Shown piece after piece: positions 20,323-29,637 of a stretch of 64,000 nt of DNA. This stretch comes from a virus. Taxonomy: Duplodnaviria; Heunggongvirae; Uroviricota; Caudoviricetes. How positions within the stretch are numbered: position 1 is the stretch's first letter; the number at the start of each line of letters is the position of its first letter. Position numbers and translations under genes: made by a program. The stretch is from the IMG/VR virus record IMGVR_UViG_3300043418_000226. One strand, given 5' to 3'. The notes beneath the pieces are model-generated. The model ran no database searches. It was not told the origin of the DNA and saw only the letters and a program-made list of their open reading frames with translations.

Positions 20323-20781
20323 ATGGAAAAGATAACGTTAAAATTAGGTGAAGTTCTACAATTAGAAAGTGAAATTAATGGGTTTAATAATCAAGAAACG
20401 GGCGAACAAGTCTATAAAGGATTTTTAAAACAAAACCTCTCAATCATTTTAAAATACGAATTAAGTGAATTGGGTGAAACTTTAAGTAAGGAAAGAAAAA
20501 AAGTTGAATTATTACGTGACGAGTTAATTCAAAAATATGGAGAACCATCTGATAAAGGTGGAATTGTTGTTAAAATGTACGATGAGGTTAAAGATGACGA
20601 AGGTCATACAATATCAATGAAGTTTAATGAAAAATATTTAGAATTCGATAAAGAGTACGGCACACTACTTGACCAAGAAAAGGAAATCGAATATCCTGAA
20701 ATAACAAAGGAAGATTTAAAAAAGGCGGGAGATACAAAAGACGATTATCAAATACTTTTCAAACTAATAAAGAAAAATTAA
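20323..20781 (+). CDS. Hypothetical acidic coiled-coil phage protein
   Basis: 152 aa ORF with upstream AT-rich promoter-like gap. Confidence 0.6.
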   Translation: MEKITLKLGEVLQLESEINGFNNQETGEQVYKGFLKQNLSIILKYELSELGETLSKERKKVELLRDELIQKYGEPSDKGGIVVKMYDEVKDDEGHTISMKFNEKYLEFDKEYGTLLDQEKEIEYPEITKEDLKKAGDTKDDYQILFKLIKKN

Positions 20782-20782
20782 T

Positions 20783-20818
20783 AATAAAAAAGACACTTAT
20801 TTAAGTGTCTTTTTTATT
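20783..20818. terminator. Bidirectional intrinsic terminator between convergent operons
   Basis: Inverted repeat aataaaaaagacactta / taagtgtcttttttatt. Confidence 0.7.
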
Positions 20819-21903
20819 TCTATCTTCATGTTACCAATTTCATATTCACCTGGCTCATAATACGGTATTGATAATCTAATTTTATGTAGTGTGTAAATGT
20901 CGTCAGTTGTAAATGGACTAATCTCATATATTACCACGTCAACATCGTCAGTAAGGACAAATTTGGAACGTAAATCATATCGTGTATTCTTTTGTTCATT
21001 TTTAATATATTCGTCAGGAATCGTCCCTAAATCAATTTTATCAAAAAATGGCTCCATATCAAACAATCTGGTGTTGTTACGAGACACTAATCCCATTGAA
21101 AACGTATTGTAAGTGAACTTCTCATCTTCCCAATATCTCTGTTCTTGGAATGCCTTAAACGGGACACCCCATTTTCTAACAAAGTTTCTATTTGAAGAAA
21201 CTTCATATAACATTCTGTTCTTTTTATACTCATCACTGAATCTTGATGTTTGAGAAACAAAGTGATATGTGATGGCACATTCAGTCGTTTTAAGAACATA
21301 ACCTTTAAGTTTTGCTCTAACTAAAAAATCGTCATCTTCACAAAATGCGGGAACAAATGAAAATCCGTCAAATCCCCCGACATCATCAAACATTTTTTTA
21401 TAACCACTCATAAAGAAAACTGCACCATCATATAACTGACACTTATCTTTATTTTCTTCGACATACTGTTCAAATAGTGGTTGATTAAAATCGTGGAATG
21501 ATGAACCTAAATCTAATAATACTTTTCCGGGTCTTTTATGACCCTTAAAAACGGGAGGTTCAATTGTAGTATATGAAAGAACCATATTCTCTTCTAATAA
21601 GTTTTCAATGTTCTCTAAGAAATGTTTTCCAATGACCATATCATTATGGATTAGAACTAATTTCTCAGTATCAACCAATTTGATTCCGGCATTATAATTT
21701 TCAGAAAAGGTTAATCTATCATCGTCATGTATGTATGAAAGATTATCATCGTCTAAAGATTCTAACCATTCTTTGGTGCCATCGGATGATCCACCACTAC
21801 TAATAACAAGAGGGGCATCGGGATATACCAAACGAAGACGACTATAACAGTCTTTTGTTAAGTCTAATTTATTAAAAACTGCAAGTACAAAACTAATATT
21901 CAT
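20797..21903 (-). CDS. Glycosyltransferase family 2
   Basis: ISFVLAVFN, LIHNDM, GGFD..FCEDDDF. Confidence 0.85.
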   Translation of the reverse strand: MNISFVLAVFNKLDLTKDCYSRLRLVYPDAPLVISSGGSSDGTKEWLESLDDDNLSYIHDDDRLTFSENYNAGIKLVDTEKLVLIHNDMVIGKHFLENIENLLEENMVLSYTTIEPPVFKGHKRPGKVLLDLGSSFHDFNQPLFEQYVEENKDKCQLYDGAVFFMSGYKKMFDDVGGFDGFSFVPAFCEDDDFLVRAKLKGYVLKTTECAITYHFVSQTSRFSDEYKKNRMLYEVSSNRNFVRKWGVPFKAFQEQRYWEDEKFTYNTFSMGLVSRNNTRLFDMEPFFDKIDLGTIPDEYIKNEQKNTRYDLRSKFVLTDDVDVVIYEISPFTTDDIYTLHKIRLSIPYYEPGEYEIGNMKIEIKKTLK

Positions 21904-21908
21904 ATTTT

Positions 21909-22673
21909 CTATTTGTAAATTTTTGAAAACAATGGAATGTTCTCAAGTATATTATCACATTTCATTACCTCGTAAGTTATTGTCTTATCATACCCCAATT
22001 TTTTAATAATGTCAGAAAAATCTAAATGAAATTCAGTCTCTTCAATTGTTCGTAATTTAGGTTCCGATACGTGTATGTGATTAATATAATCAAAATAAGT
22101 TATAAGTTCAATGTTTGGGTCTTCTTTCTCCAATAATGAGTTATGGGTATCAATCATCGTCCTAATGTTTTTAAGACCGTTAGAATCAATAAAATTAACA
22201 ATTTCAGAAACCGTATGAAAGAATTCACCCCCATACGAAGACGTGTTAGGTTCAATTAATACCTTGATTCCCGTATCGACCAACATTTCATCAACGGATT
22301 TAAAAATATGGGTTAAAGAATCTTTCCAATTACCATTCTTTTTTCTAAGACCCGGTGACCCAAATACTAAAATTTTAATACCTAATATTTTCGAATAGTC
22401 AATTAACTTTTGAAAATGGGAAATAATAACATCCACATCGTTGATGTCGTTACATTTAACATTATAAAATAAAGACTGTGCAGAATATGAAGTAATCCCA
22501 AAAGATTCAATATATTTTTTATACTCGATAATACTATCAGTTGTTAATTCTGACCAATCTTTTATTTTTGTAAACACTGTTTCAATTTGATTAATATTAT
22601 TCTCTTTTAGTGTTTTAAATGTAATTTCGGAATCTTGAAAATCCCAAGCAAAGTTACTTAATGCTAAGTTCAT
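21909..22673 (-). CDS. Sugar phosphate isomerase/epimerase (xylose-isomerase-like TIM barrel)
   Basis: LALSNFAW, VFGSPGLR, IEPN, DTHN, HIHVSEP, TYE. Confidence 0.8.
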   Translation of the reverse strand: MNLALSNFAWDFQDSEITFKTLKENNINQIETVFTKIKDWSELTTDSIIEYKKYIESFGITSYSAQSLFYNVKCNDINDVDVIISHFQKLIDYSKILGIKILVFGSPGLRKKNGNWKDSLTHIFKSVDEMLVDTGIKVLIEPNTSSYGGEFFHTVSEIVNFIDSNGLKNIRTMIDTHNSLLEKEDPNIELITYFDYINHIHVSEPKLRTIEETEFHLDFSDIIKKLGYDKTITYEVMKCDNILENIPLFSKIYK

Positions 22674-23415
22674 GTATTAAATTTTTAATCTCCTCTAAAA
22701 CAGATTCTTTAGATGAGATATACTCATTATGTTTGGTGGTATAATCGTACTTTACTTTAATGTCGGAATGGGAGACTTTATCCACATATTGAGGGAATAA
22801 TTTTACTATTTCCATTGTATCGATTGGTTCAGTGAATAGATTGAAAACCGTTTCATTTGGATAGAGAGTTGAATATTTTTCAACATCACTCATAAGGTTT
22901 TCCAAATTATACCATTGGAAACTTGAATTGCCGTTTATTTGTTCGACATTATTCCCATTAATTAAATCAAACAAAACGTTTTTCTTAATGTGTTTGTTGA
23001 ATAGTGCCGGTAATCTAAAAATTTTTAAATCATCAGTTTTAACCAATTCTCTAATCATTAATTCAAAAAGATAACGATTATTACCATAACTTAATTTACT
23101 TACGTTTGGTGAATAATCCTCATTTGATTTTAATGGAGAATCGTTATAAACATCGATAGTTGAAATAAGTGTGATTTTAGAGTAATGATTTCTAGCAATT
23201 CGATTTACCAATTGATTGATATTAGATAAATCATTTCCTAAGTTTTTATTTATCATCCATTTTGTTGCCGGTAAACAAGTTAAAAATAATTCATCTCCGT
23301 CTTTTGAATGTTCAAAAAAATTACCAATGTTAGTTGTGTTATATTTTTGGTCAAAATCAACTGTTTCACAAACTGTTTTACCAACTAACCCTGTGTTTCC
23401 TATTATAATTTTCAT
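22654..23415 (-). CDS. NAD-dependent epimerase/dehydratase-like protein
   Basis: IIGNTGLVG, ISTIDVY, YGNNR, RLPALF. Confidence 0.75.
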   Translation of the reverse strand: MKIIIGNTGLVGKTVCETVDFDQKYNTTNIGNFFEHSKDGDELFLTCLPATKWMINKNLGNDLSNINQLVNRIARNHYSKITLISTIDVYNDSPLKSNEDYSPNVSKLSYGNNRYLFELMIRELVKTDDLKIFRLPALFNKHIKKNVLFDLINGNNVEQINGNSSFQWYNLENLMSDVEKYSTLYPNETVFNLFTEPIDTMEIVKLFPQYVDKVSHSDIKVKYDYTTKHNEYISSKESVLEEIKNLIHELSIK

Positions 23416-24443
23416 CGTACTAATTTTAGTTTTACGTTTTTAGATTCGACTAACATGTAGTCTTTTAAATATTTTTGTAATAACCTTTCAGGGTATGAGC
23501 AATTAAAGTAATATAGAGAATCAAGATGTCCATCATAACCGTTAAGTTTATAACCATCATCAGTTTTTGTTAAGTTCTCAGTATGTATTTTTGCCGACTC
23601 TAAATTGGTTTCTTTGAAAGATACATTTAATTTATCATATTCATGATATAATGAACAATATTTTTTCATTGATTTCACACTGCCATAAGCAAATAAGTCA
23701 CATATTACGTTTGTATGTTCAAATACATGGACTTTTTTAAGTTTATGTTTATAATACATGTTATTACAAGCCCAACAAGAAGTGGCATAATCTATGTGTT
23801 CGTGATTGTTATCACTATTAGGTACGAATATGATATCATGGTTATTTATGTCATCAATAACCATAGGTGTCAAATTAAATTCATTTAAATCAGAATCAAA
23901 CCTAAATCTCATAACTAAATCGTAATCAGTTTTGGTTTTTTTAATATAATTCTCCAATAGATTGTACGTTTTATTTATGGAATATAATTGAGATTTAATA
24001 AATTTTTCGGGAGATGAAAAATTAAAATATCCTTTTACGTCATCTAAACCGTCAATGTAATCTTTATTATTTTCAATCTCGAACCCTTTAACGTTAGGTA
24101 ATTTATCTATTTCCTGTTGTACTAATTTTTCATTGACCACGGCGTCTAAATTAGTTTCCGTTCCCTTTAAACCCAAATTATCCCACGTATGAACAAAAAT
24201 GTCAATGTCGTATAGTTTAGAAATTCTGGACACACCCTCAAGAATTGAGTTTTTCCTAATGTGACCAGTTAATAATATTGCAATTTTTTTAACTTCAGAA
24301 ATTTTTATAATTCTTTCATTACAATTTGCAATTTCAATTTCGAATGGTTCGTATCTTTTATTTCTATGTAACACCCATTCATTTTCTTTAACACCTCTTC
24401 CCAGATATTTTTCAAATAAAAATTCTAATTCATCTCTTGTCAT
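23412..24443 (-). CDS. Putative glycosyltransferase-like protein
   Basis: KIAILLTGHIR, IFVHTWD, YDLVMRFRFD, DLFAYG, PERLL. Confidence 0.55.
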   Translation of the reverse strand: MTRDELEFLFEKYLGRGVKENEWVLHRNKRYEPFEIEIANCNERIIKISEVKKIAILLTGHIRKNSILEGVSRISKLYDIDIFVHTWDNLGLKGTETNLDAVVNEKLVQQEIDKLPNVKGFEIENNKDYIDGLDDVKGYFNFSSPEKFIKSQLYSINKTYNLLENYIKKTKTDYDLVMRFRFDSDLNEFNLTPMVIDDINNHDIIFVPNSDNNHEHIDYATSCWACNNMYYKHKLKKVHVFEHTNVICDLFAYGSVKSMKKYCSLYHEYDKLNVSFKETNLESAKIHTENLTKTDDGYKLNGYDGHLDSLYYFNCSYPERLLQKYLKDYMLVESKNVKLKLVR

Positions 24444-25426
24444 AAATTATAGTCTTGTTTTAACGTATTTTCTATAATGTATATTCCCTGTATTTTACCA
24501 GTGAAACAATTTATCACATTACCACTCTTTGTGATTACCGGATATCTCTCATCTGACTTACTCACTATTTTAGATTTAGTGGATAAAAAATATGAATCAT
24601 ATTTAAAGAATGTCAAGAATTCAGGAAAATAATGTTTTACTTTTTTCTCAATTAACTTAATTTTTTTATCGATTAGTTCCTGAGTAATGGTGCCCCTGTA
24701 TTCATTTAACTTATTAATTGTTTTGAATTTTCTCAACGGAGTATGTTCAACATCGGTTAACGTAAATTTACCTTTTTGATATGGATATATTGAAAAGAAT
24801 TCACCGTCAACCATTGTTAGTGCGTCAAATTCAGTTTCTTTTATTTTTTCATAAATTAACGATATTGTCAATTCAAAGAAACTATTTTGATTGTGTAAAT
24901 CTTTAATGTGATTATTGGTTGCATTTATAACCAAATCGTATTCTTTTGAAATCTTTTTAAGTTTATGAGGTGTAATTGTTTCATTCACCACGAGATTCTT
25001 TAATTCTTTATTAAAAAATTCATGTGCTAATTTAAAATTAATGTACCTCTCGTCAGTATTAAGACACCCCTCAACATCCACGAATGAAACGTCACTGTGT
25101 TCTTTATTATAATCCCTAAAAATTTCCACGTAAGTTCCAAAATCAATAATGGATTTAGAATATGGGACACAATAAAGATTATTTTTCACCTCTTCGGTCA
25201 TGAATCCGTAATCGTCCATAAATTGAGTAAACGTATTTTTACTCATTAGTCTTGTCTTATAATTTCGAGCGTAATGAAAACCACTATGTAATCTGTTTTG
25301 ATTATTAAATGATGTTTCTTTAAATAATTCGGTGTTTTTCTCGTAAATGACAACTTCGTGATTACCTTTTAACTTATTAGCCAAATGGCAACCTACCCAT
25401 CCCCCACCGATAATGGCAATTTTCAT
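24440..25426 (-). CDS. FAD-dependent oxidoreductase
   Basis: MKIAIIGGGWVG, NQNRLHSGFHY, TGKI; start moved to the coupled ATG at 25426. Confidence 0.8.
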   Translation of the reverse strand: MKIAIIGGGWVGCHLANKLKGNHEVVIYEKNTELFKETSFNNQNRLHSGFHYARNYKTRLMSKNTFTQFMDDYGFMTEEVKNNLYCVPYSKSIIDFGTYVEIFRDYNKEHSDVSFVDVEGCLNTDERYINFKLAHEFFNKELKNLVVNETITPHKLKKISKEYDLVINATNNHIKDLHNQNSFFELTISLIYEKIKETEFDALTMVDGEFFSIYPYQKGKFTLTDVEHTPLRKFKTINKLNEYRGTITQELIDKKIKLIEKKVKHYFPEFLTFFKYDSYFLSTKSKIVSKSDERYPVITKSGNVINCFTGKIQGIYIIENTLKQDYNL

Positions 25427-26088
25427 TAAATTGTTCTTTTTAAAATTTGGCTTTGACCCCAATTTGATTTATTTTTATATAGGTCCAATGATGGGTAATA
25501 TTCGGTTCTTCTTTGTGTGTCGGTATTAAACCAATTATCGTTATCCACTACTCTCCAATCATCATTATTATTATAAATAACGGGCATAGGATTTGTCATC
25601 CACATAATATAATCTTCATTTGGTACTCCCCAATTTTTCCAATAGGTCATTGACTCCTCAGAATAATCGGTGTTCTTAATTGAAACGATTTTATCTTTAA
25701 CACTCATTAAATAACTATATTTATATGTTCCCATCGTCATTGCCGGTTTAGACTTTAATGCCAATTTAACTGGTCTATCTTGTGGAATATTATAAAGTAA
25801 TTCTTTAAATTTAGGACCTAATTTACATGTGTCATGAATTAGAAACCAATATTCTGATGATAACTGTTTCTCTACAATTTCAATCAATGGACTATATTCA
25901 TATGAGTTATGGTCCAAGTAATGAAAGTGAATACCATCTTCTGTTTTTTCATAACGATATTGTTTAAATCCCGCATTGAAAACGTGTATATCGTTAGGGT
26001 CAATTCCTCTTTCTATTAATGAAGGAATCACAATCGGTAACGTCGATTTATAAAAATTTATATTTGTTGCAATTGCTATTTTTATCAT
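25426..26088 (-). CDS. Hypothetical, glycosyltransferase-like
   Basis: HNSYEY, WFLIHDT; lies in the GT operon. Confidence 0.5.
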   Translation of the reverse strand: MIKIAIATNINFYKSTLPIVIPSLIERGIDPNDIHVFNAGFKQYRYEKTEDGIHFHYLDHNSYEYSPLIEIVEKQLSSEYWFLIHDTCKLGPKFKELLYNIPQDRPVKLALKSKPAMTMGTYKYSYLMSVKDKIVSIKNTDYSEESMTYWKNWGVPNEDYIMWMTNPMPVIYNNNDDWRVVDNDNWFNTDTQRRTEYYPSLDLYKNKSNWGQSQILKRTI

Positions 26089-26093
26089 ATTTT

Positions 26094-26657
26094 TTAATTA
26101 TGTATTGTTAAAATTTTATCTATTTTACATGTCCTTATATTATTGACCATCATACATTCACCCGCAAACAGACCATCACAGTGAGGATGTTCCACATAGT
26201 TAATGCCAACTTCTTTAGCGATAGTTGTTCTAACCGCAAACATACCCCAATCAATTTGACTTTGTCCAGGGTACCCTTCCAACACATTGTAATCGATATG
26301 GTTATGAATTGCACTGTATCTTATGAAATCATATAAATTACTTAATTTTAAAATTTCACCAACAGTGTTAGGTGTGTAATAATCTTGAATAGATGTCTGA
26401 ATAACGAATTCAGTATCAACTAAATTATCTAACGCATCTTTTCTGTTATAATGACCCCAAAAACCTTTAGGATGTTCCGAAGAAACTAACGTTATTCTGT
26501 CGTCATTAAATAAATTAACCACCCCCTCAATGAATTCATTTTTACCATCACAATAAACTATACATTTCCATCTTGTATCTTTTTGAAGTATTAAAGAAGT
26601 TAAAAATTGATATGACTCATATTTTTCTTGATGTGCGGTTGCAACGAATGTTATCAT
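26094..26657 (-). CDS. Short GT2 glycosyltransferase
   Basis: Paralog of the next gene: WGHYNR, QDYY, IDWG, DGLF, C-terminal HN. Confidence 0.7.
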   Translation of the reverse strand: MITFVATAHQEKYESYQFLTSLILQKDTRWKCIVYCDGKNEFIEGVVNLFNDDRITLVSSEHPKGFWGHYNRKDALDNLVDTEFVIQTSIQDYYTPNTVGEILKLSNLYDFIRYSAIHNHIDYNVLEGYPGQSQIDWGMFAVRTTIAKEVGINYVEHPHCDGLFAGECMMVNNIRTCKIDKILTIHN

Positions 26658-26660
26658 ATA

Positions 26661-27242
26661 TTAGTTGTGAACGTACAATGGTTTAGGTACATATTGTACT
26701 TTTCCGTCAGGAAATTTTTGAAGATAGGTTTCAACAAAAAGACCGTCGGCTTGTTCTACTTTAGGGTCCAACCTCATTTGATTTGCGTTTTTACGTCTAA
26801 CCATAAAGTTACCAATATCAATTGATCCCCACTTTGGTTGACATTTAATGTAGTGATATTGGTAATTCGTCCAATTATGAATCATATCACAATACACAAA
26901 ATGTGTTTTTGGTGTTACGGCATCTAAAAAATGGTCAACAAAAACCGGAGTATAATAGTTATCTTCTCCCGTCATAATTACCCAATCTTCTTTGGCGTGT
27001 TCCAACCCGTAATTCCTCGGGGTATGGCCCCAATCGTTATATCTTTCGGGAAGTATTGTAAATTTAATTCGTTCATCACCCTCAAAGTAATTCATTATTT
27101 TGTCTAATGTTCCTTCAGGTGGACAATCGGCAACAACGTGGATAAACCATTTGTCACTTCTTTGTGCCATGATTGAATTAATTGTACACATTAAGAAATC
27201 CGTTCTATTGTAAGTTGGGATTATAAATTCTATTTTACTCAT
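26661..27242 (-). CDS. Short GT2 glycosyltransferase
   Basis: IIPTYNR, WGHTPRNYG, EDNYY, ADGLF, YVHN. Confidence 0.8.
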   Translation of the reverse strand: MSKIEFIIPTYNRTDFLMCTINSIMAQRSDKWFIHVVADCPPEGTLDKIMNYFEGDERIKFTILPERYNDWGHTPRNYGLEHAKEDWVIMTGEDNYYTPVFVDHFLDAVTPKTHFVYCDMIHNWTNYQYHYIKCQPKWGSIDIGNFMVRRKNANQMRLDPKVEQADGLFVETYLQKFPDGKVQYVPKPLYVHN

Positions 27243-27862
27243 ATCTTATTATATAAATCGTTTTGTTTTTCTTGTTTTGTTATTGTTTTATGATGTTGAA
27301 TACAATATAACTCATTATCATTTGGTAGTGAAGAGAATTTTTGACCACCAATTATTCTTTCGTGAACTTTTCCATACCAAGTCATATTTTTTCTATAAAT
27401 TCTGCCCTGATAATCCGGATAGTTAATATGATTTTTTTCGTTTACAATCCATCCCCATTTATCTATATGTTCTTGAGTAATACCCTCAACAGTATTAATT
27501 CTTGGAACAAAAATTAAGTCCACATCGGGATTTAATTCTAAAATCTCATATAAATTCTCAATTATATATTCACTAATCATTTCATCCGCGTCAATTTGAA
27601 ATATATAATCACCCGAACAATACTCATTAAGTTTGTTCTTCCATTCGGCAAAGTTATTTTCAAAGTCAAGACCTCTCCATGTCTGCACGTTTGGTAATTT
27701 GTTGTAAGGTAATAAGAAATCTAACACATCCGGATTACCATTTTTCTCATCATAAAGAATTACTATCTCGTCCTTCGGTCTTTTGTTCTCCAATAAAAAC
27801 GGAACCAATCTCTTGATTTCCTCCATCTCGTTGCAAACTGTTATTGCGAAACTTATCTTCAT
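27239..27862 (-). CDS. GT2 glycosyltransferase
   Basis: ISFAITVCNE, FQIDADE, PDYQGRI, KVHE. Confidence 0.85.
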   Translation of the reverse strand: MKISFAITVCNEMEEIKRLVPFLLENKRPKDEIVILYDEKNGNPDVLDFLLPYNKLPNVQTWRGLDFENNFAEWKNKLNEYCSGDYIFQIDADEMISEYIIENLYEILELNPDVDLIFVPRINTVEGITQEHIDKWGWIVNEKNHINYPDYQGRIYRKNMTWYGKVHERIIGGQKFSSLPNDNELYCIQHHKTITKQEKQNDLYNKI

Positions 27863-27949
27863 ATCTTTTTTTATTTTCATTTATTGTTAATTCTTCACAT
27901 TTCCAACACCATCCATCGGTTAGAACGTCCCACATATGTCTGTCACATT

Positions 27950-28159
27950 TCATGCTCTCATCCCTTCATTTGCATCCCTAAATAATTGGGTTAATATTTC
28001 ATTATCAATCTCACGAACAATCTGATTAGATAATAGATTGGTTAATTCACTCTCAACGTCAATTCCGTGACTACTAAATAAATTATTTTCAATTGCTGGA
28101 GACCAATTCGCCACCATGGTCGGACCAACATATCCTGTTAAAAATTTGAAATTTCTCAT
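27950..28159 (-). CDS. Mini-protein resembling an internal segment of T4-like major capsid protein gp23
   Basis: ANWSPAIENNL..HGIDVESELTNLLSNQIVREIDNEIL resembles the gp23 motif A.(W/Y)..E..QDL...HG.DAEAEL..IL..EI..EI.REI. Confidence 0.6.
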   Translation of the reverse strand: MRNFKFLTGYVGPTMVANWSPAIENNLFSSHGIDVESELTNLLSNQIVREIDNEILTQLFRDANEGMRA

Positions 28160-28386
28160 TGTCTTTCTCTTGCGAATATTTTAAATGTCTTACCATTATG
28201 AGTAAACGTAATATCACCACCTGTAGATGGTTGAATTCTAAGACTTAATTCTTGACTACCATTTGCAAATGAAATGGGTTCCTCATTGTCAAACTGAAAA
28301 CAGAATTCATTATTTACGTGTCTATTGTTGTTTGTTAATGTTAAGGTGTTATTAACTTCCTTTTTACTAAAGAATTTAAAGTCCAT
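28156..28386 (-). CDS. Hypothetical protein
   Basis: Coupled ORF, N-terminus MDFKFF. Confidence 0.6.
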   Translation of the reverse strand: MDFKFFSKKEVNNTLTLTNNNRHVNNEFCFQFDNEEPISFANGSQELSLRIQPSTGGDITFTHNGKTFKIFARERQ

Positions 28387-29636
28387 TACTTTATTTTATT
28401 TAACTTTGGTAAAACCAATTTAGTTTCTTTAGGTACAGTTACGTACGGTTCAAGGATTGATTTAAATTTACTCTTCATCCCACCCATTGAAAAGTTTTGA
28501 CTATTCTCAATACGTAATTCTTCAGATTTTTCTAAAAAAGTATCGTAGTCTTTTTGAACTAATCTTAATACTTCGGCGAATTCATTATAGTTGGCGGTAA
28601 ACCATTTAGAACCTTTAATGACAAATGTATCAATGGCACTTTCATGAACTTCAGTCAATGTACCACCAACCATTATTGCCTTATCTAACGGTAAAAAATC
28701 TTTGTGTCCCGACCAATTAGATGCGATAATTGGTTTCCCCGTCATGGAGAATTCAAGAAGAGGTCTACCGAAACCCTCACCTTTGGTAATTGAAACCATT
28801 GATTTAATTTTAGGGTGATTATATAATTCATTCATTTCGGTATTGGATAAATCCCCAAACAATAAATAAACGGACGGAGAATCCTTAATTTCACCAACGA
28901 TAGATTCAATTTTAATTCTAAAATTTTCACGCTCTTTAATTGAGAATCCAGCCGATGATGTTTTTAGAATTAAAGCCGGTTTATTTTCCCGACCTTTAAA
29001 CGATTCAACAAAACTTTTCACTAACATACCAACATCTTTTCTATCTTGACCTAAATCACCCTTTAACCAATGACCAACAAATAGATAAGCAAAATCTTCT
29101 TTAATATCTAAATCAATTCCTTTATATTCATTGTTATAGATTGTTAAATCAACACCTTCAAATAAAACCTCAACAGGTTTTTCTATTTTAAATTGTTTGA
29201 TTAATTTACCGGTGTTATTTTCTAATTCGTTATAAACTGTTGACAATAAAACGTCTCTTGAAAATTTAGATGTGGTAATAATTAAATCCATTCGGTTACA
29301 TCCATCTACCCAATCTTTGGGCGCTGCCGTGGTTTCGATACCTGCGGTAATACCGATATTAAATTTTCCAACTCTTTGAAACTCATTCGGTACTGTAACT
29401 TGAATGTAGATGTCCGGTTGAACGGATAATTGAGTAATAATATTACCCTCAATCCATTTATGAAATAAATTATCATCTTCTAAAGCGGTTAATGGAGTAG
29501 AACCCCAATTACAACTATCAATTTTGATATCAAACATATCCATTTCGTACAGTGCTTGTAATAAATCTCTTGAGTGTGCACCATATCCACTTCTTGTTTT
29601 AACTGGTCCTCTAAATAATAAATTTGGTTTACTCAT
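28386..29636 (-). CDS. Glycosyltransferase family 4 (GT-B)
   Basis: SGYG..SR, KGEGFGRPLLE, SNWSGHKDF. Confidence 0.85.
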   Translation of the reverse strand: MSKPNLLFRGPVKTRSGYGAHSRDLLQALYEMDMFDIKIDSCNWGSTPLTALEDDNLFHKWIEGNIITQLSVQPDIYIQVTVPNEFQRVGKFNIGITAGIETTAAPKDWVDGCNRMDLIITTSKFSRDVLLSTVYNELENNTGKLIKQFKIEKPVEVLFEGVDLTIYNNEYKGIDLDIKEDFAYLFVGHWLKGDLGQDRKDVGMLVKSFVESFKGRENKPALILKTSSAGFSIKERENFRIKIESIVGEIKDSPSVYLLFGDLSNTEMNELYNHPKIKSMVSITKGEGFGRPLLEFSMTGKPIIASNWSGHKDFLPLDKAIMVGGTLTEVHESAIDTFVIKGSKWFTANYNEFAEVLRLVQKDYDTFLEKSEELRIENSQNFSMGGMKSKFKSILEPYVTVPKETKLVLPKLNKIK

Positions 29637-29637
29637 A

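Noticed and set aside
26094-27242. C-terminal HN of two GT2 proteins as intein ends
   Set aside because: No Hint blocks upstream; the HN is a shared feature of this short GT2 paralog pair
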